From contig OY970303.1 of NCBI GenBank assembly GCA_963716255.1, forward strand, positions 2,592,001-2,656,000: 64,000 nt of DNA, given 5' to 3'. The position numbers and the translations under genes were made by a program. Origin of the DNA: an uncultured Gemmatimonadales bacterium (lineage in GTDB: Bacteria; Gemmatimonadota; Gemmatimonadetes; Longimicrobiales; Longimicrobiaceae). Positions 31,950 through 41,726 of this stretch are shown here, piece after piece (position 1 is the stretch's first letter; the number at the start of each line of letters is the position of its first letter). The notes beneath the pieces were generated by a model. The model was not told where the DNA came from. It worked only from the letters and a program-made list of their open reading frames with translations, and did not search any database.

Positions 31950-33299
31950 GTGGCAGATACAGGGATTGCGAGCGAGCCGACGGGCGTCTTCACCCACGAC
32001 GAGGTGAAGATCATCTCGGCCCGCAAGGTCGAGCCGGAGTGGCTGCAGGCGGCGCGGCTGGCGGGGCACGCGGCCTTCGCCGAGGCGCCCATGCCCAGCG
32101 TGCGCAGCGAGGACTGGCGGTACACCGACATCGGCGCGGTGCTGAAGCTGGAGGCGCTGGCCCTGGCCGAGGAAGTGCGCCCGGCCGCCACGGTGGAGGA
32201 GCTTCCGGAGGCGTTGCTGGCGACGGTCGCCGAGTCAGGGACGGTGGCGGGGCGGCTGGTGCAGCGCGACGGCTCGGTGGCGCTGCGCGAGCTGCCGGAG
32301 GAGCTGCGGGCGCAGGGGGTGGTGTTCACCTCGCTGGAGTCCGCGGTCCGCGAGCACCCGGAGCTGGTGCAGAAGTACCTGGGCACGGCGGTGACGCCGG
32401 AGGACGGCAAGTTCGCCGCCATGAACGCGGCGTTCTGGACGGGCGGGCTGTTCCTGTACGTTCCCCGGAACGTTCGGGTGGAGGCGCCCTTCCGCAGCTA
32501 CCGCTGGATCTCGGAGGCGGGGAGCTCGGTCTTCCCCCGGGTGCTGGTGGTGGCCGAAGCGGGGGCGGAGCTGTCGCTGGTGGACGAGGCGGTCTCGCCC
32601 GACTTCGACCGGCAGACGCTGGCGGTCGGGGCCGTGGAGGTGTTCGCGGAGGAGGGCGCGCGCGTCACCTGCGTGTCCGTGCAGAACTGGGGCGCGGGCG
32701 TGGTCAACCTGTCCACCGACCGGGTGGTGGCGGGGCGCGACGCGCGGGTGACCACCCTGGGGCTGGCGCTGGGCGGCGAGCTGTCGCGCAGCGACATCCG
32801 CTGCCGGCTCACCCGGCCCGGGTCGCACGTGGACCTGCTGGGGCTGTACATCGCGGACGGGTCGCAGCACTTCGACCACGAAACGCTCCAGGACCACGTG
32901 TCGCCGCACGCCTCCAGCAACCTGCTCTTCAAGGGAGCGCTGCGGGACCGCGGCCGCTCGGTGTTCCGCGGGCTGATCCGGGTGCACCCGGGCGCCCAGC
33001 GCACCGATGCGTACCAGACCAACCGCAACCTGCTGCTGAGCAGCGAGGCGCGGGCGGACTCGCTCCCCAACCTGGAGATCCAGGCGGACGATGTGCGCTG
33101 CTCGCACGCGGCCACGGTGGGGCAGCTGGACGAGGAGGAGGTGTTCTACCTGCTGAGCCGCGGCATCCCCAAGCGTGAGGCGGTGCGGCTGGTGGTGTTC
33201 GGCTTCTTCGGCGAGGTGCTGGTGCAGCTCCCGCTGGACGAGGTGCGCGAGGAGCTGGTGCGCGCCGTGGAGCGAAAGCTCGGCAACCGGGGGTCGTGA
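31950..33299 (+). CDS. sufD: Fe-S cluster assembly protein SufD
   Basis: EDWRYTD, PNLEIQADDVRCSHAATVG; start may be 31944. Confidence 0.94.
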   Translation: MADTGIASEPTGVFTHDEVKIISARKVEPEWLQAARLAGHAAFAEAPMPSVRSEDWRYTDIGAVLKLEALALAEEVRPAATVEELPEALLATVAESGTVAGRLVQRDGSVALRELPEELRAQGVVFTSLESAVREHPELVQKYLGTAVTPEDGKFAAMNAAFWTGGLFLYVPRNVRVEAPFRSYRWISEAGSSVFPRVLVVAEAGAELSLVDEAVSPDFDRQTLAVGAVEVFAEEGARVTCVSVQNWGAGVVNLSTDRVVAGRDARVTTLGLALGGELSRSDIRCRLTRPGSHVDLLGLYIADGSQHFDHETLQDHVSPHASSNLLFKGALRDRGRSVFRGLIRVHPGAQRTDAYQTNRNLLLSSEARADSLPNLEIQADDVRCSHAATVGQLDEEEVFYLLSRGIPKREAVRLVVFGFFGEVLVQLPLDEVREELVRAVERKLGNRGS

Positions 33300-33619
33300 C
33301 GGTGGCGTTCGTGAAGGTCGCGTCGCTGCGGGAAGTTCCGGAGGGCGAGCTGGTGGGGGTGGAGGCGGAGGGGGTCCTGGTGTGCCTGGCCAGGGTGGAG
33401 GGCGAGGTGTACGCCTTCGCGGACCGGTGCTCCCACCGCGACTTCCCGCTCTCCAACGGGGAGCTGGACACCGACGACTGCACCGTCGCCTGCGAGTGGC
33501 ACGGCGCCCGGTTCGACCTCCGCACCGGGGCGGCGCTCTGTCTCCCGGCGACGCGCCCCATCCCGGTGTATCCGTGCAGGGTCGAGGACGGCGCGGTCTA
33601 CGTCGACGTGTCGGCGTAG
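33296..33619 (+). CDS. Rieske-type ferredoxin
   Basis: CSH...CEWH Rieske motif. Confidence 0.92.
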   Translation: MTVAFVKVASLREVPEGELVGVEAEGVLVCLARVEGEVYAFADRCSHRDFPLSNGELDTDDCTVACEWHGARFDLRTGAALCLPATRPIPVYPCRVEDGAVYVDVSA

Positions 33620-33717
33620 CCACCGGGCCACGGCCCACCTGGTTTCCGGGCGCGGAGCCGCCGGACCGTCCCCCGCGGGACGGGCGGGGCTCCGCGCCTT
33701 TTTCCAACTGTGATCCG

Positions 33718-34998
33718 ATGAACGCATCCACGGCCGCCGCAGACCCCGCCTCCGCCGTCGCTCCCGCCACGGTCTTCGACGTGGAGCGCCTTCGGGCGGA
33801 GTTTCCCATCCTGGACCAGGAGGTGAACGGCCACCCCCTGGTGTACCTGGACAACGCCGCCTCCACGCAGAAGCCGCGCTCGGTGATCGACGCCGTCGCG
33901 CGCCACTACCTGCGCGACAACGCCAACGTGCACCGCGGCCTGCACGAGCTGTCCAACCGCTCCACGGAGGCGTACGAGGACGCGCGGGTGCGGGTGGCCC
34001 GCTTCTTCGGGATCGCGGACGCGGCGGAGCTCGTCTGGACGCGCGGGACCACGGAGGCGCTGAACCTGGTGGCGTGGGCCTGGGGGACGGCGAACCTGCG
34101 CGCCGGCGACGAGATCCTGCTCACCTTGCTGGAGCACCACTCCAACCTGGTGCCCTGGCAGCTGCTGGCGCAGCGCACGGGCGCCCGCCTGCGCTTCCTG
34201 GACATCGACGGGGAGGGGCGGCTGGAGCTGTCCGCGCTGGACGACCTGCTGACCGAGCGCACCCGGCTGGTGTCGGTGGGTCACGTGTCCAACGCGCTGG
34301 GAACGGTGAACCCGGTGCGGGAGATCGCGGCGCGCGCGCGCGCCGTGGGCGCTCTCGTGGTGGTGGACGGCGCGCAGAGCGCCCCGCACCTCCCGGTGGA
34401 CGTGCCCGCGCTGGGGTGCGACTTCTACGCCTTCTCGGGCCACAAGATGTGCGGCCCCACGGGGATGGGCGGGCTGTGGGGGCGGCGCGAGGTTCTGGAG
34501 GCGATGCCGCCCTTCCTGGGTGGCGGGGACATGATCGACGTGGTGGAGCTGGAGGGATCCACCTGGGCCCCGCTCCCCAACAAGTTCGAGGCGGGGACGC
34601 CGCACGTGGCCGGCGCGGTGGGGATGGGCGCGGCCGTGGACTTCCTGGCCGGCGTGGGGCGCGAGGCGATCCTGGCGCACGAGCGCGCCCTGCTGGCGTA
34701 TGCGCTGGAGCGCATGGCGGAGGTGCCGGAGCTGCGCGTCTACGGCCCGCGCGACCTGGCGGAGCGCTCCGGAGTGGTGTCGTTCACCCTCGCCGACGTG
34801 CACCCGCACGACCTGGCCACCATCCTGGACGCGCGCGGGATCGCGATCCGCGCCGGCCACCACTGCGCGCAGCCGCTGATGCGCCGCCTGGGGGTGTCGT
34901 CCACCGCGCGGGCCTCGTTCTACCTGTACAACACCCCCGCCGACGTGGACCGCCTGATCGACGGCCTGCACCACGCGCGGGAGCTGTTCGGTTACTGA
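33718..34998 (+). CDS. sufS: Cysteine desulfurase SufS
   Basis: YLDNAASTQKP, SGHKMCGPTG, RAGHHCAQPL. Confidence 0.96.
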   Translation: MNASTAAADPASAVAPATVFDVERLRAEFPILDQEVNGHPLVYLDNAASTQKPRSVIDAVARHYLRDNANVHRGLHELSNRSTEAYEDARVRVARFFGIADAAELVWTRGTTEALNLVAWAWGTANLRAGDEILLTLLEHHSNLVPWQLLAQRTGARLRFLDIDGEGRLELSALDDLLTERTRLVSVGHVSNALGTVNPVREIAARARAVGALVVVDGAQSAPHLPVDVPALGCDFYAFSGHKMCGPTGMGGLWGRREVLEAMPPFLGGGDMIDVVELEGSTWAPLPNKFEAGTPHVAGAVGMGAAVDFLAGVGREAILAHERALLAYALERMAEVPELRVYGPRDLAERSGVVSFTLADVHPHDLATILDARGIAIRAGHHCAQPLMRRLGVSSTARASFYLYNTPADVDRLIDGLHHARELFGY

Positions 34999-35028
34999 AA
35001 GGGAACAGGGAACAGCCTGCAACGGCGA

Positions 35029-35149
35029 CCCCCTCCCCCGGCCCCCTCTCCCAATGCTGGGCGAGGGGGAGAACGACAACATCGCGGTACAGGAAACCCT
35101 CCCCCAGAATTGGGGGAGGGTGGCGAGCCTAAGCGAGCCGGGTGGGGGC
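35029..35149 (+). repeat. boxC-like modules B1 and B2
   Basis: Same palindromic units as at 2410 and 9822. Confidence 0.75.
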
Positions 35150-35152
35150 CCC

Positions 35153-35283
35153 GCGTGAGGGATTTCGGCCCGGAGGGGCGAGACCCCGCGGGCAGTTTCG
35201 CGGGGTCTCGACTCCGTTACGCACAGTTTTATCGTGCGTTACGGAGCCGAAGCCCGACCCCGGCGCCAGCCGGGGGCACGCCC
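35153..35283 (-). repeat. Structured dispersed repeat A, copy 6
   Basis: Antisense between sufS and sufU; hairpin 1 loop variant GATAAAACT. Confidence 0.9.
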
Positions 35284-35301
35284 AAACCACGCAGCAAAAA
35301 A

Positions 35302-35832
35302 ATGGCTGAACGAAGCAGCGCGGCGCTCGGCGCCCTCTACCAGGAGCTGATCCTGGACCACTACCGCCGCCCGCGCCACCGGGGAGAGATGGAATCCCCG
35401 GACGTGGAGGTGCGCATGAACAACCCCACCTGCGGCGACGAGATCGTCCTCCAGCTCCGCGTCAGGGACGGGACCGTGGAGGAGGTGCGCTTCGCCGGCC
35501 AGGGATGCTCCATCTCGCAGGCCTCGGCGTCGATGATGGCCCAGCAGGTGGCCGGAAAGCCGCTGGCCGAAGCGGACGCGCTGGCCGCGCGCTTCAAGGA
35601 GATGCTGCACGGAGGCGCCGAGGCCGCCAAGGACCGCGCCCTGGGGGATTTGCGCGCGCTCGCCGGGGTCGCCAAGTTCCCGGTGCGCGTGCGCTGCGCG
35701 ATGCTGGCCTGGAACGCCCTGGAGGAGGCGGAGCGACGGCTCCCTTCCGCCGGCGCGCCGGGCGCGGCAGGTAGTCCGGAGCCTCCGGGCCGCGCCCACG
35801 CAGACGAAACAGATCGAGGACGGACAGAGTGA
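35302..35832 (+). CDS. sufU: SUF system Fe-S assembly protein SufU
   Basis: YQELILDHY, NPTCGD, GCSISQASASMM, RVRCAML. Confidence 0.94.
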   Translation: MAERSSAALGALYQELILDHYRRPRHRGEMESPDVEVRMNNPTCGDEIVLQLRVRDGTVEEVRFAGQGCSISQASASMMAQQVAGKPLAEADALAARFKEMLHGGAEAAKDRALGDLRALAGVAKFPVRVRCAMLAWNALEEAERRLPSAGAPGAAGSPEPPGRAHADETDRGRTE

Positions 35833-36740
35833 TGCAATCCCACGGCCCCGCGGGCGGCGCGCCTTTTCAGCGGGTCGCCATCTTCATCGACGGCTGGAAC
35901 TTCCGCTACGCGACGTACGAGTCCTTCGGGCTGCGCGTCGACTACACCAAGCTGCTGCGCCACTTTTCCGAGTCGGCCATCCTGGTGCGCGCCTACTTCT
36001 ACACCGGCGAGTGGGAGGATTCGGCCATCTCGCGCTACGTGCGCCTCAGCAACTCGCCGGACCCGGTGACCAAGCAGCGGGAGATGGAGCAGCAGCGCGA
36101 CGGGGAGCGGGCCTTCTGGCGCTTCCTGAACCGCAACGGCTACCGGGTGGTGAGGAAGGCCGTGCGGGTGATGTCGCCGGACGAGGAGGACCCGGACCGC
36201 CCGCCCCGCATGAAGGCGGACCTGGACCTGGAGCTCGCCATCGACATGCTGACGCTGGCGGACCGGGTGGACCGCATCATCCTGGTGTCGGGCGACGGCG
36301 ACTTCGTGCCGCTGGTGGACGCGGTGGCGAAGCGGGGGGTGCGGGTGGCGGTGGTCTCCACCCAGGCGGAGGAGGCGTTCCGCAACGCGCGCTATCGCGC
36401 CAGCGACGAGCTGCTGGACGCGGCGGACGAGTTCATCCCCATCGAGGCCATCCGCAGGTTCATCGAGCGCGAGGCGCGCTCATACCCCGGGGTGCGCCGC
36501 GACCATCGCGAGGGCGGCGAGGAGCACGGCCCCGGGCCCCGCCGCGAGGGGCGCGACCACGGCGAGCAGCAGCCGTCGTTCCGGCGCGACCCGCGCGACT
36601 ACGGCGACCCGCCCTTCCGCCGGGACCGCGACTACGGCGAGCGCCAGCCCTTCCGCCGGGAATCGCCGCGCGACCTGGGGCTGCCGCTGGAGGACCCCGC
36701 CGAGGAGGCCCAACCGGACCCGGCCCCCGGCGAGAGCTGA
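35829..36740 (+). CDS. NYN domain (LabA/DUF88, PIN-like) protein with Arg/Asp-rich tail
   Basis: IFIDGWN, KADLDLELAIDM, LVSGDGDFVPL, LLDAADEFI. Confidence 0.9.
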   Translation: MMQSHGPAGGAPFQRVAIFIDGWNFRYATYESFGLRVDYTKLLRHFSESAILVRAYFYTGEWEDSAISRYVRLSNSPDPVTKQREMEQQRDGERAFWRFLNRNGYRVVRKAVRVMSPDEEDPDRPPRMKADLDLELAIDMLTLADRVDRIILVSGDGDFVPLVDAVAKRGVRVAVVSTQAEEAFRNARYRASDELLDAADEFIPIEAIRRFIEREARSYPGVRRDHREGGEEHGPGPRREGRDHGEQQPSFRRDPRDYGDPPFRRDRDYGERQPFRRESPRDLGLPLEDPAEEAQPDPAPGES

Positions 36741-36858
36741 GGGCGGGCGGCCACTTGTATTGAGCGGGGCTCAGCGAAACATTGGAGCCCCGCTCTCTTT
36801 TTTCGGCGCGCAGCACGCACGGGCCGGGGCGGACGCACTCAAGCGGAGGACACGCCAG

Positions 36859-38151
36859 ATGAACGGAAACGGGCGCAGGGTCGCCATCGTGGAGGGATGC
36901 CGGACCCCGTTCGCCAAGTCGGGAACGGCGTTCAGGGACCTGTCGGCGGTGGAGCTGGGGAAGGTGGCGGTGCGCGAGCTGATCGCCCGGGCGGAGCTGG
37001 ACCCGGCCGAGATCGACCACGTGATCTACGGCACGGTGGTGCAGTCGGTGCAGGAGCCCAACATCGCGCGCGAGGTGACGCTGGGCTCGGGGATCCCGGC
37101 CTCGGTGCCGTCGTTCACGGTGGGCCGGGCGTGCGCGTCGTCCAACCAGGCGATCACCTCGGGCGCGGAGCAGATCCTGGCGGGTCAGGCGGACGTGGTG
37201 GTGGCCGGCGGCGCGGAGTCGCTCACGGACGTCCCCATCCTGTTCTCGCCGGAGATGCGCAACGCCCTGGTGCGCGCCTCCAAGGCCCGCTCGCTCCCGG
37301 AGCGGATCCAGGCGTTCCGCGCCATCCGCCCCAAGCACCTGGCCCCCATCACCCCCGCCATCGCGGAGCCCACCACGGGGCTCACCATGGGCGAGTCTGC
37401 GGAGAAGATGGCGCAGGAGAACGGGATCAGCCGCGAGGCGCAGGACCGCTGGGCGCTCCGCTCGCACCAGCTGGCCGCGGCGGCCACGGCGGACGGGCGC
37501 CTGACCGCGGAGATCGCGCCGGTGTACGTGCCTCCCCGGTTCGACGAGGTGGCCACCTCGGACAACGGGATCCGCGCGGACACCTCGCTGGAGAAGCTGT
37601 CCACGCTGAAGCCGGTGTTCGACCGCAGGTACGGCACGGTGACGGCGGGGAACGCGTCGCCGCTCACGGACGGCGCCTCGGCGGTGCTGCTGATGAGCGA
37701 GGAAAAGGCGAAGGCGCTGGGATACGAGCCGCTGGGCTACATCCGCTCGTACGCCTACGCGTCGCTGGACCCGGGGGACCAGCTCCTCCAGGGGCCGGTG
37801 TACGCCGCCCCCGTGGCGCTGGAGCGCGCGGGGCTGTCCATGAAGGACATCGACCTGCTGGAGATCCACGAGGCCTTCGCGGCGCAGGTGCTCAGCAACC
37901 TGCAGTGGTGGGACTCGGACGAGGTCGCGCGCAGGCGCCTGGGCCGCGACAAGGCCATCGGGGTCCCGCCGGAGGACCGCATCAACGTGATGGGCGGCTC
38001 CATCGCCATCGGCCACCCCTTCGGCGCGACGGGCGGCCGCGTCACGGTGACGCTGCTCAACGAGTTGAAGCGCCGCGGGGGCCAGTTCGGGATGATCTCC
38101 GTCTGCGCGGCCGGGGCGATGGGGTTCGTGATGATCGTGGAGAGGGAATAG
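36859..38151 (+). CDS. fadI: Acetyl-CoA C-acyltransferase (FadI-type thiolase)
   Basis: RACASS, HEAFAAQ, GHPFGATG, VCAAG. Confidence 0.88.
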   Translation: MNGNGRRVAIVEGCRTPFAKSGTAFRDLSAVELGKVAVRELIARAELDPAEIDHVIYGTVVQSVQEPNIAREVTLGSGIPASVPSFTVGRACASSNQAITSGAEQILAGQADVVVAGGAESLTDVPILFSPEMRNALVRASKARSLPERIQAFRAIRPKHLAPITPAIAEPTTGLTMGESAEKMAQENGISREAQDRWALRSHQLAAAATADGRLTAEIAPVYVPPRFDEVATSDNGIRADTSLEKLSTLKPVFDRRYGTVTAGNASPLTDGASAVLLMSEEKAKALGYEPLGYIRSYAYASLDPGDQLLQGPVYAAPVALERAGLSMKDIDLLEIHEAFAAQVLSNLQWWDSDEVARRRLGRDKAIGVPPEDRINVMGGSIAIGHPFGATGGRVTVTLLNELKRRGGQFGMISVCAAGAMGFVMIVERE

Positions 38152-38160
38152 GGAACAGGG

Positions 38161-38186
38161 TTCATCGGTTCACGCGCAGCGTGAAG
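38161..38186 (-). repeat. Module C (CTTCACGC-N3-GCGTGAACCGRATGAAG)
   Basis: Also at 40302-40329(+), 41655-41682(-), 53811-53838(+). Confidence 0.8.
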
Positions 38187-38203
38187 CGTCACAGCCTGCA
38201 GAG

Positions 38204-38242
38204 GCGCCCCCACCGGGAGATCCCGGTGGGGGCGCTTTCTTT
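38204..38242 (+). terminator. Intrinsic terminator after fadI
   Basis: GCGCCCCCACCGGGA/TCCCGGTGGGGGCGC followed by TTTCTTT. Confidence 0.75.
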
Positions 38243-38263
38243 CCGCCCGGAGGGTGGCGGCGG

Positions 38264-38917
38264 CTACGTCGCCGTTGCCGCCGCCTCCCAGCCGGCCCAG
38301 CGGACGGCGTCGGCGAGCTCCTCGGCCTCGATGGAGTGGCCCATGGGGTAGTCGTGGGCCTCCAGGTCGGCGCCGGCGGCGCGAAGGGTGGCGCGCCCCT
38401 CCACCGCCAGCCCGATGGGGATCTGCGGGTCCTCGGCTCCGTGGCCCCAGAAGATGCGCGTCCCCTTCACCGTTGCCGGCGTGGCCGACACGGTGGGGTG
38501 GTCGGCCAGGAAGCCGCTGAAGTTGAGCACGGCGGGGACCGTGCCGGGGTTCCGCAGCGCGTGCGCCAGGCTCATGGTGCCGCCCTGGGAAAAGCCCCCC
38601 AGCACCAGCGGGCCGGGCTTTACCGGAAGGTGCTCCGGGAGCTCGCGGAGAAAGTCGCCCAGCGACCGCTGGCTCTCCTCGAAGCTGGCCGGCTCCGGGC
38701 GGTTGCGTCCCATGAAGCGGTACCAGGCCCACCCGGGCCCGTAGCCCCAGGGGATCCCGGAGAAGGGCGCGCGCGGGGACACCACCACCAGCCCCGCGGG
38801 GAGGTGGGGAACCAGCCCCATCAGGTCGTGCTCGTCGCTCCCCCGGCCGTGCAGCAGCACCAGCAGGGGGGCGCCGTCCCGTGCGCCCTGGGGGACGTGG
38901 TGGGCGTAGTGAAGCAT
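38264..38917 (-). CDS. Phospholipase/carboxylesterase (MhqD-like alpha/beta hydrolase)
   Basis: LLHGRGS, GFSQGG, HGAED, MGHSI. Confidence 0.9.
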   Translation of the reverse strand: MLHYAHHVPQGARDGAPLLVLLHGRGSDEHDLMGLVPHLPAGLVVVSPRAPFSGIPWGYGPGWAWYRFMGRNRPEPASFEESQRSLGDFLRELPEHLPVKPGPLVLGGFSQGGTMSLAHALRNPGTVPAVLNFSGFLADHPTVSATPATVKGTRIFWGHGAEDPQIPIGLAVEGRATLRAAGADLEAHDYPMGHSIEAEELADAVRWAGWEAAATAT

Positions 38918-38931
38918 GGTCTTCCTCCTCC

Positions 38932-39999
38932 TCAGCTCAGCGGCGCAAGGCCGGCCTCGATGTCGTCGCGCTCCGTTTCCAGCCAGGCGGGAAGGAGAAG
39001 CCGCCTCCCCAGCTCCGCCGGGTCCTCGTCCACCAGGAACCCCGGCCCGTCGGTGGCGATCTCCAGCAGCAGCCCGTCCGGCGCGCGGAAGTAGATGCTC
39101 CGGAAGTACGTCCGCTCCATCACAGGCGAGACCTGTGCCCCCAGCGACAGCAGGTGCTCCCGCCAGGCCAGCTGCTCCTCGTCGTCCTGGGCGCGGAAGG
39201 CCACGTGGTGCGTCTGCCCCACCCCGCCGCGGGCCGGCTTGCCCCGCGGGATGCCGAAGAGCGTCATGGAGCTGTGCGATGCCACCCGCTCCCCGTCGTA
39301 GCGCGCCCAGAACCAGTGCGGCATGGTGGGCGCGTCCTGGTTGAAGGTGCGCTTGACGATGGAGAGCCCCAGCGCCTCCGTGTAGAAGTCGTGCGCCCGC
39401 TCCACGTCGTCGGTGATGCCGCTGACGTGGTGGATCCCCGTGAGCGCCATGTCCGGCGTGATCTCCGGCACCGGCTCCGGCCAGGTGCGCAGGCGGATGG
39501 CCTCCTCGTCGCGGTGGCCCAGCAGCCGCGCCGCCGCCGGCTGGATGATGCGCGTGCCCAGCGCGTCCGCCGGCTCGTCCAGCGCGTAGCCCGGGCCACG
39601 GGTGGCGATCTCCAGGATCTGCCCGTCCGGGTCGGTGAAGTACAGGCTGGTGAACCAGGTGCGGTCGAACGGGCCGTTCACGTGCACGCCGCGGTCCGTC
39701 AGGCGGCGCTTCCACTTCAGCAGCGCCTCCTCGGTTTCCACCCCCATGGCCAGGTGGTGTACCCCGCCCACGCCGGGCGCCCCGTGCGGCACGTTGCCCC
39801 ACTCGAAGAAGGTGAGGAGCGTCCCCGGCGAGCCGACGGCGTCGCCGAAGTACAGGTGGTACGCCCCCGGATCGTCGAAGTTGACGGTCTTCTTCACCAG
39901 CCCCAGCCCCAGCGTCCCCCGGTAGAACTCCAGCGTCCGCGCCGCATCGGCCGACACCATGGTCACGTGGTGGAATCCCTGCGTCTTCAGCTCGCCCAT
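38932..39999 (-). CDS. VOC family ring-cleaving dioxygenase (MhqO/MhqA-like)
   Basis: GFHHVT, VKKTVNFDDPGAYHLYFG, HHVAF, LLEIATDGPGF. Confidence 0.92.
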   Translation of the reverse strand: MGELKTQGFHHVTMVSADAARTLEFYRGTLGLGLVKKTVNFDDPGAYHLYFGDAVGSPGTLLTFFEWGNVPHGAPGVGGVHHLAMGVETEEALLKWKRRLTDRGVHVNGPFDRTWFTSLYFTDPDGQILEIATRGPGYALDEPADALGTRIIQPAAARLLGHRDEEAIRLRTWPEPVPEITPDMALTGIHHVSGITDDVERAHDFYTEALGLSIVKRTFNQDAPTMPHWFWARYDGERVASHSSMTLFGIPRGKPARGGVGQTHHVAFRAQDDEEQLAWREHLLSLGAQVSPVMERTYFRSIYFRAPDGLLLEIATDGPGFLVDEDPAELGRRLLLPAWLETERDDIEAGLAPLS

Positions 40000-40055
40000 C
40001 GTTCACCTCCTCTTCGTCGACAGAACAGCTTGGGAACTGATTGAACAACGGATCT

Positions 40056-40187
40056 GGGCGTGCCCCCCCGTGCCGGGGGGTCGGGCTGCGCGCGGAGTAA
40101 CGCACGAAACAACCGTGCGTAACTCCGTCGAGCCCCGCGGAAACTGCCCCGCGGGTCTCGCCCCTGCCGGGCGCGCATCCCTCACGC
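40056..40187 (+). repeat. Structured dispersed repeat A, copy 7 (most divergent)
   Basis: Outer stem flipped CTCCG/CGGAG to CGGAG/CTCCG; TTCGGC/GCCGAA replaced by TGCGCG/CGCGCA. Confidence 0.9.
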
Positions 40188-40213
40188 GGGTTCGGCGCCG
40201 GCGTCCGCAAGGG

Positions 40214-40367
40214 CCCCCTCCCCCCGGCCCCCTCCCCCGCAAGCGGGAGAGGGGGAGAACTGCATGGCGTTTCTGCAGTTGCCCCCTCTCCCAGGATGGC
40301 ACTTCACGCTTCGCGTGAACCGGATGAAGGACCCGGGTGGCGAGCCTCAAGCGAGCCGGGGGAGGGC
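40214..40367 (+). repeat. Modules B1 and B2, with module C inside B2
   Basis: B2 hairpin interrupted by CTTCACGCTTCGCGTGAACCGGATGAAG. Confidence 0.75.
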
Positions 40368-40373
40368 CCGCCG

Positions 40374-40952
40374 TTACGCCGCCTTCACGGCCTGCACCTC
40401 GAAGGACAAGCGGATGTCGTTGCTCACCAGGATGCCGCCGGTCTCCAGCACCTGGTTGTAGGTGAGACCGAAGTCGCGGCGGTCGATCCTGGCCGTCGCG
40501 CTGAAGCTCACCCGCTCGCCGCCCCACGGGTCCGTGCCGCGCCCCTCGTAGGTGGCGTCCAGCGTCACCTCACGGGTCGTGCCGCGGATGGTGAGGTCGC
40601 CCACCACGCGGAAGGTGTCGCCGGCGGTGGTGGCGGCGCCCTCCACCCGGGTGCTCCGGAAGGTGAGCGTGGGGTGGTTCTCCACGTCCAGGAAGTCGGC
40701 GGAGCGCAGGTGCGCGTCGCGCTGCTCCACCCGCGTGTCGATGCTCGCCACCTGGATCTCCACCGCCACCGAGGAGCGCTCGGGGCTGGCCTCGTCGATC
40801 ACCAGGGTGCCGGCCACCTCGCCGAAGCGTCCCTTGACGCTCGTGATCATCATGTGCTTCGCCGCGAACTCCACCAGGGTGTGCGCCGGATCGATGTTCC
40901 AGGTGGTGGTCCCCGCCGCGTTCGCGCTGCTTTCCGTGGTCGCCATGTCCAT
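40374..40952 (-). CDS. YceI family protein
   Basis: WNIDPAHT, RDAHLRSADFLD, GDLTIRG, IDRRDFGL. Confidence 0.95.
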   Translation of the reverse strand: MDMATTESSANAAGTTTWNIDPAHTLVEFAAKHMMITSVKGRFGEVAGTLVIDEASPERSSVAVEIQVASIDTRVEQRDAHLRSADFLDVENHPTLTFRSTRVEGAATTAGDTFRVVGDLTIRGTTREVTLDATYEGRGTDPWGGERVSFSATARIDRRDFGLTYNQVLETGGILVSNDIRLSFEVQAVKAA

Positions 40953-41031
40953 TCTCCTGTCGTGTGGTCCGGTCCCCTTTCATGGCATCCGCCGGCCGGG
41001 GCCGTGCTCCTGCGGATGTTTACCACCGTGA

Positions 41032-41047
41032 TTCTCTTAACTGAGAT
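41032..41047 (-). promoter_or_regulatory. MarR/MhqR-like operator upstream of the YceI gene
   Basis: ATCTCAGTTAAGAGAA, a variant of the palindrome at 41564. Confidence 0.55.
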
Positions 41048-41064
41048 TTATTCGCCGGCGAAGT

Positions 41065-41541
41065 TCACCCTTCGTCCGGCGCGAGCGGCCCGGTCCCGGC
41101 CGCGTAGCGCCCCAGCGCGCGCAGCAGCCGGGCGGCCGTCTCCTTGTCCGCGTCGTCCAGGCCGGCGAGCGCGTGCTCCAGCGCCCGCGCGTGCTCCGGG
41201 AAGATCTGCGCGATGAGCGTTTCGCCCGCCGGGGTGAGTGCCGCGTAGCGCGCCCGGCGGTCCTCCGGGCACTCGCGCCGCTCCACCAGCCCCTTCCGCT
41301 CCAGCCGGTCCACCAGGTAGGTGATACCGCCGCTGGAAACCAGGATCCGCCGCTGCACCTCGCCCAGCAGCATGGGCCCCTTGTGGAAGAGCGCCTCCAG
41401 GATCGCGAACTCGGTGAGCGTGAGCCCGTGCCGCGCCACCTGCGCCGCGGCGTGCCCCGCGATCGCCACCTGTGCCCGCGAAAGCACCACCCAAAGCTTG
41501 AGCGCGAGCGCCTGGTCGTTGTCCGTGGTCTGTACGCTCAT
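41065..41541 (-). CDS. MarR family regulator (MhqR-like)
   Basis: GLTLTEFAILEALFHKGP, ILVSSGGITYLVDRLERKGLV, CPEDRR. Confidence 0.92.
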   Translation of the reverse strand: MSVQTTDNDQALALKLWVVLSRAQVAIAGHAAAQVARHGLTLTEFAILEALFHKGPMLLGEVQRRILVSSGGITYLVDRLERKGLVERRECPEDRRARYAALTPAGETLIAQIFPEHARALEHALAGLDDADKETAARLLRALGRYAAGTGPLAPDEG

Positions 41542-41563
41542 CTGCCCCGCTCCCGGGAAAAAA

Positions 41564-41602
41564 ATCTTAGTACTAAGATAACCGATCGCGTGAGGATGTC
41601 AA
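41564..41602 (-). promoter_or_regulatory. Promoter TTGACA-N16-TATCTT overlapped by the palindrome ATCTTAGTACTAAGAT
   Basis: Perfect 16-bp palindrome at 41564-41579 upstream of the MarR gene. Confidence 0.75.
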
Positions 41603-41726
41603 GGTCCCGCCCGGCGGCCCCCACCCGGCTCTCCTGAGGCTCGCCACCTGGGTCCTTCATCCGGTTCACGCGAAGCGTGAAGCGCCGGGGTGGGGGGGCC
41701 CCCCGGCGGACGCCAGCGCGAGACCC

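Noticed and set aside
38161..38186. Module C as a hammerhead ribozyme
   Set aside because: It lacks the CUGANGA and GAAA core in the required arrangement.
38264..40210. Extended ORFs suggesting fusions (also 1220-2668, 6214-8091, 56704-59043, 57438-60224)
   Set aside because: The upstream extensions run through repeats or other genes' frames; internal starts match family lengths better.
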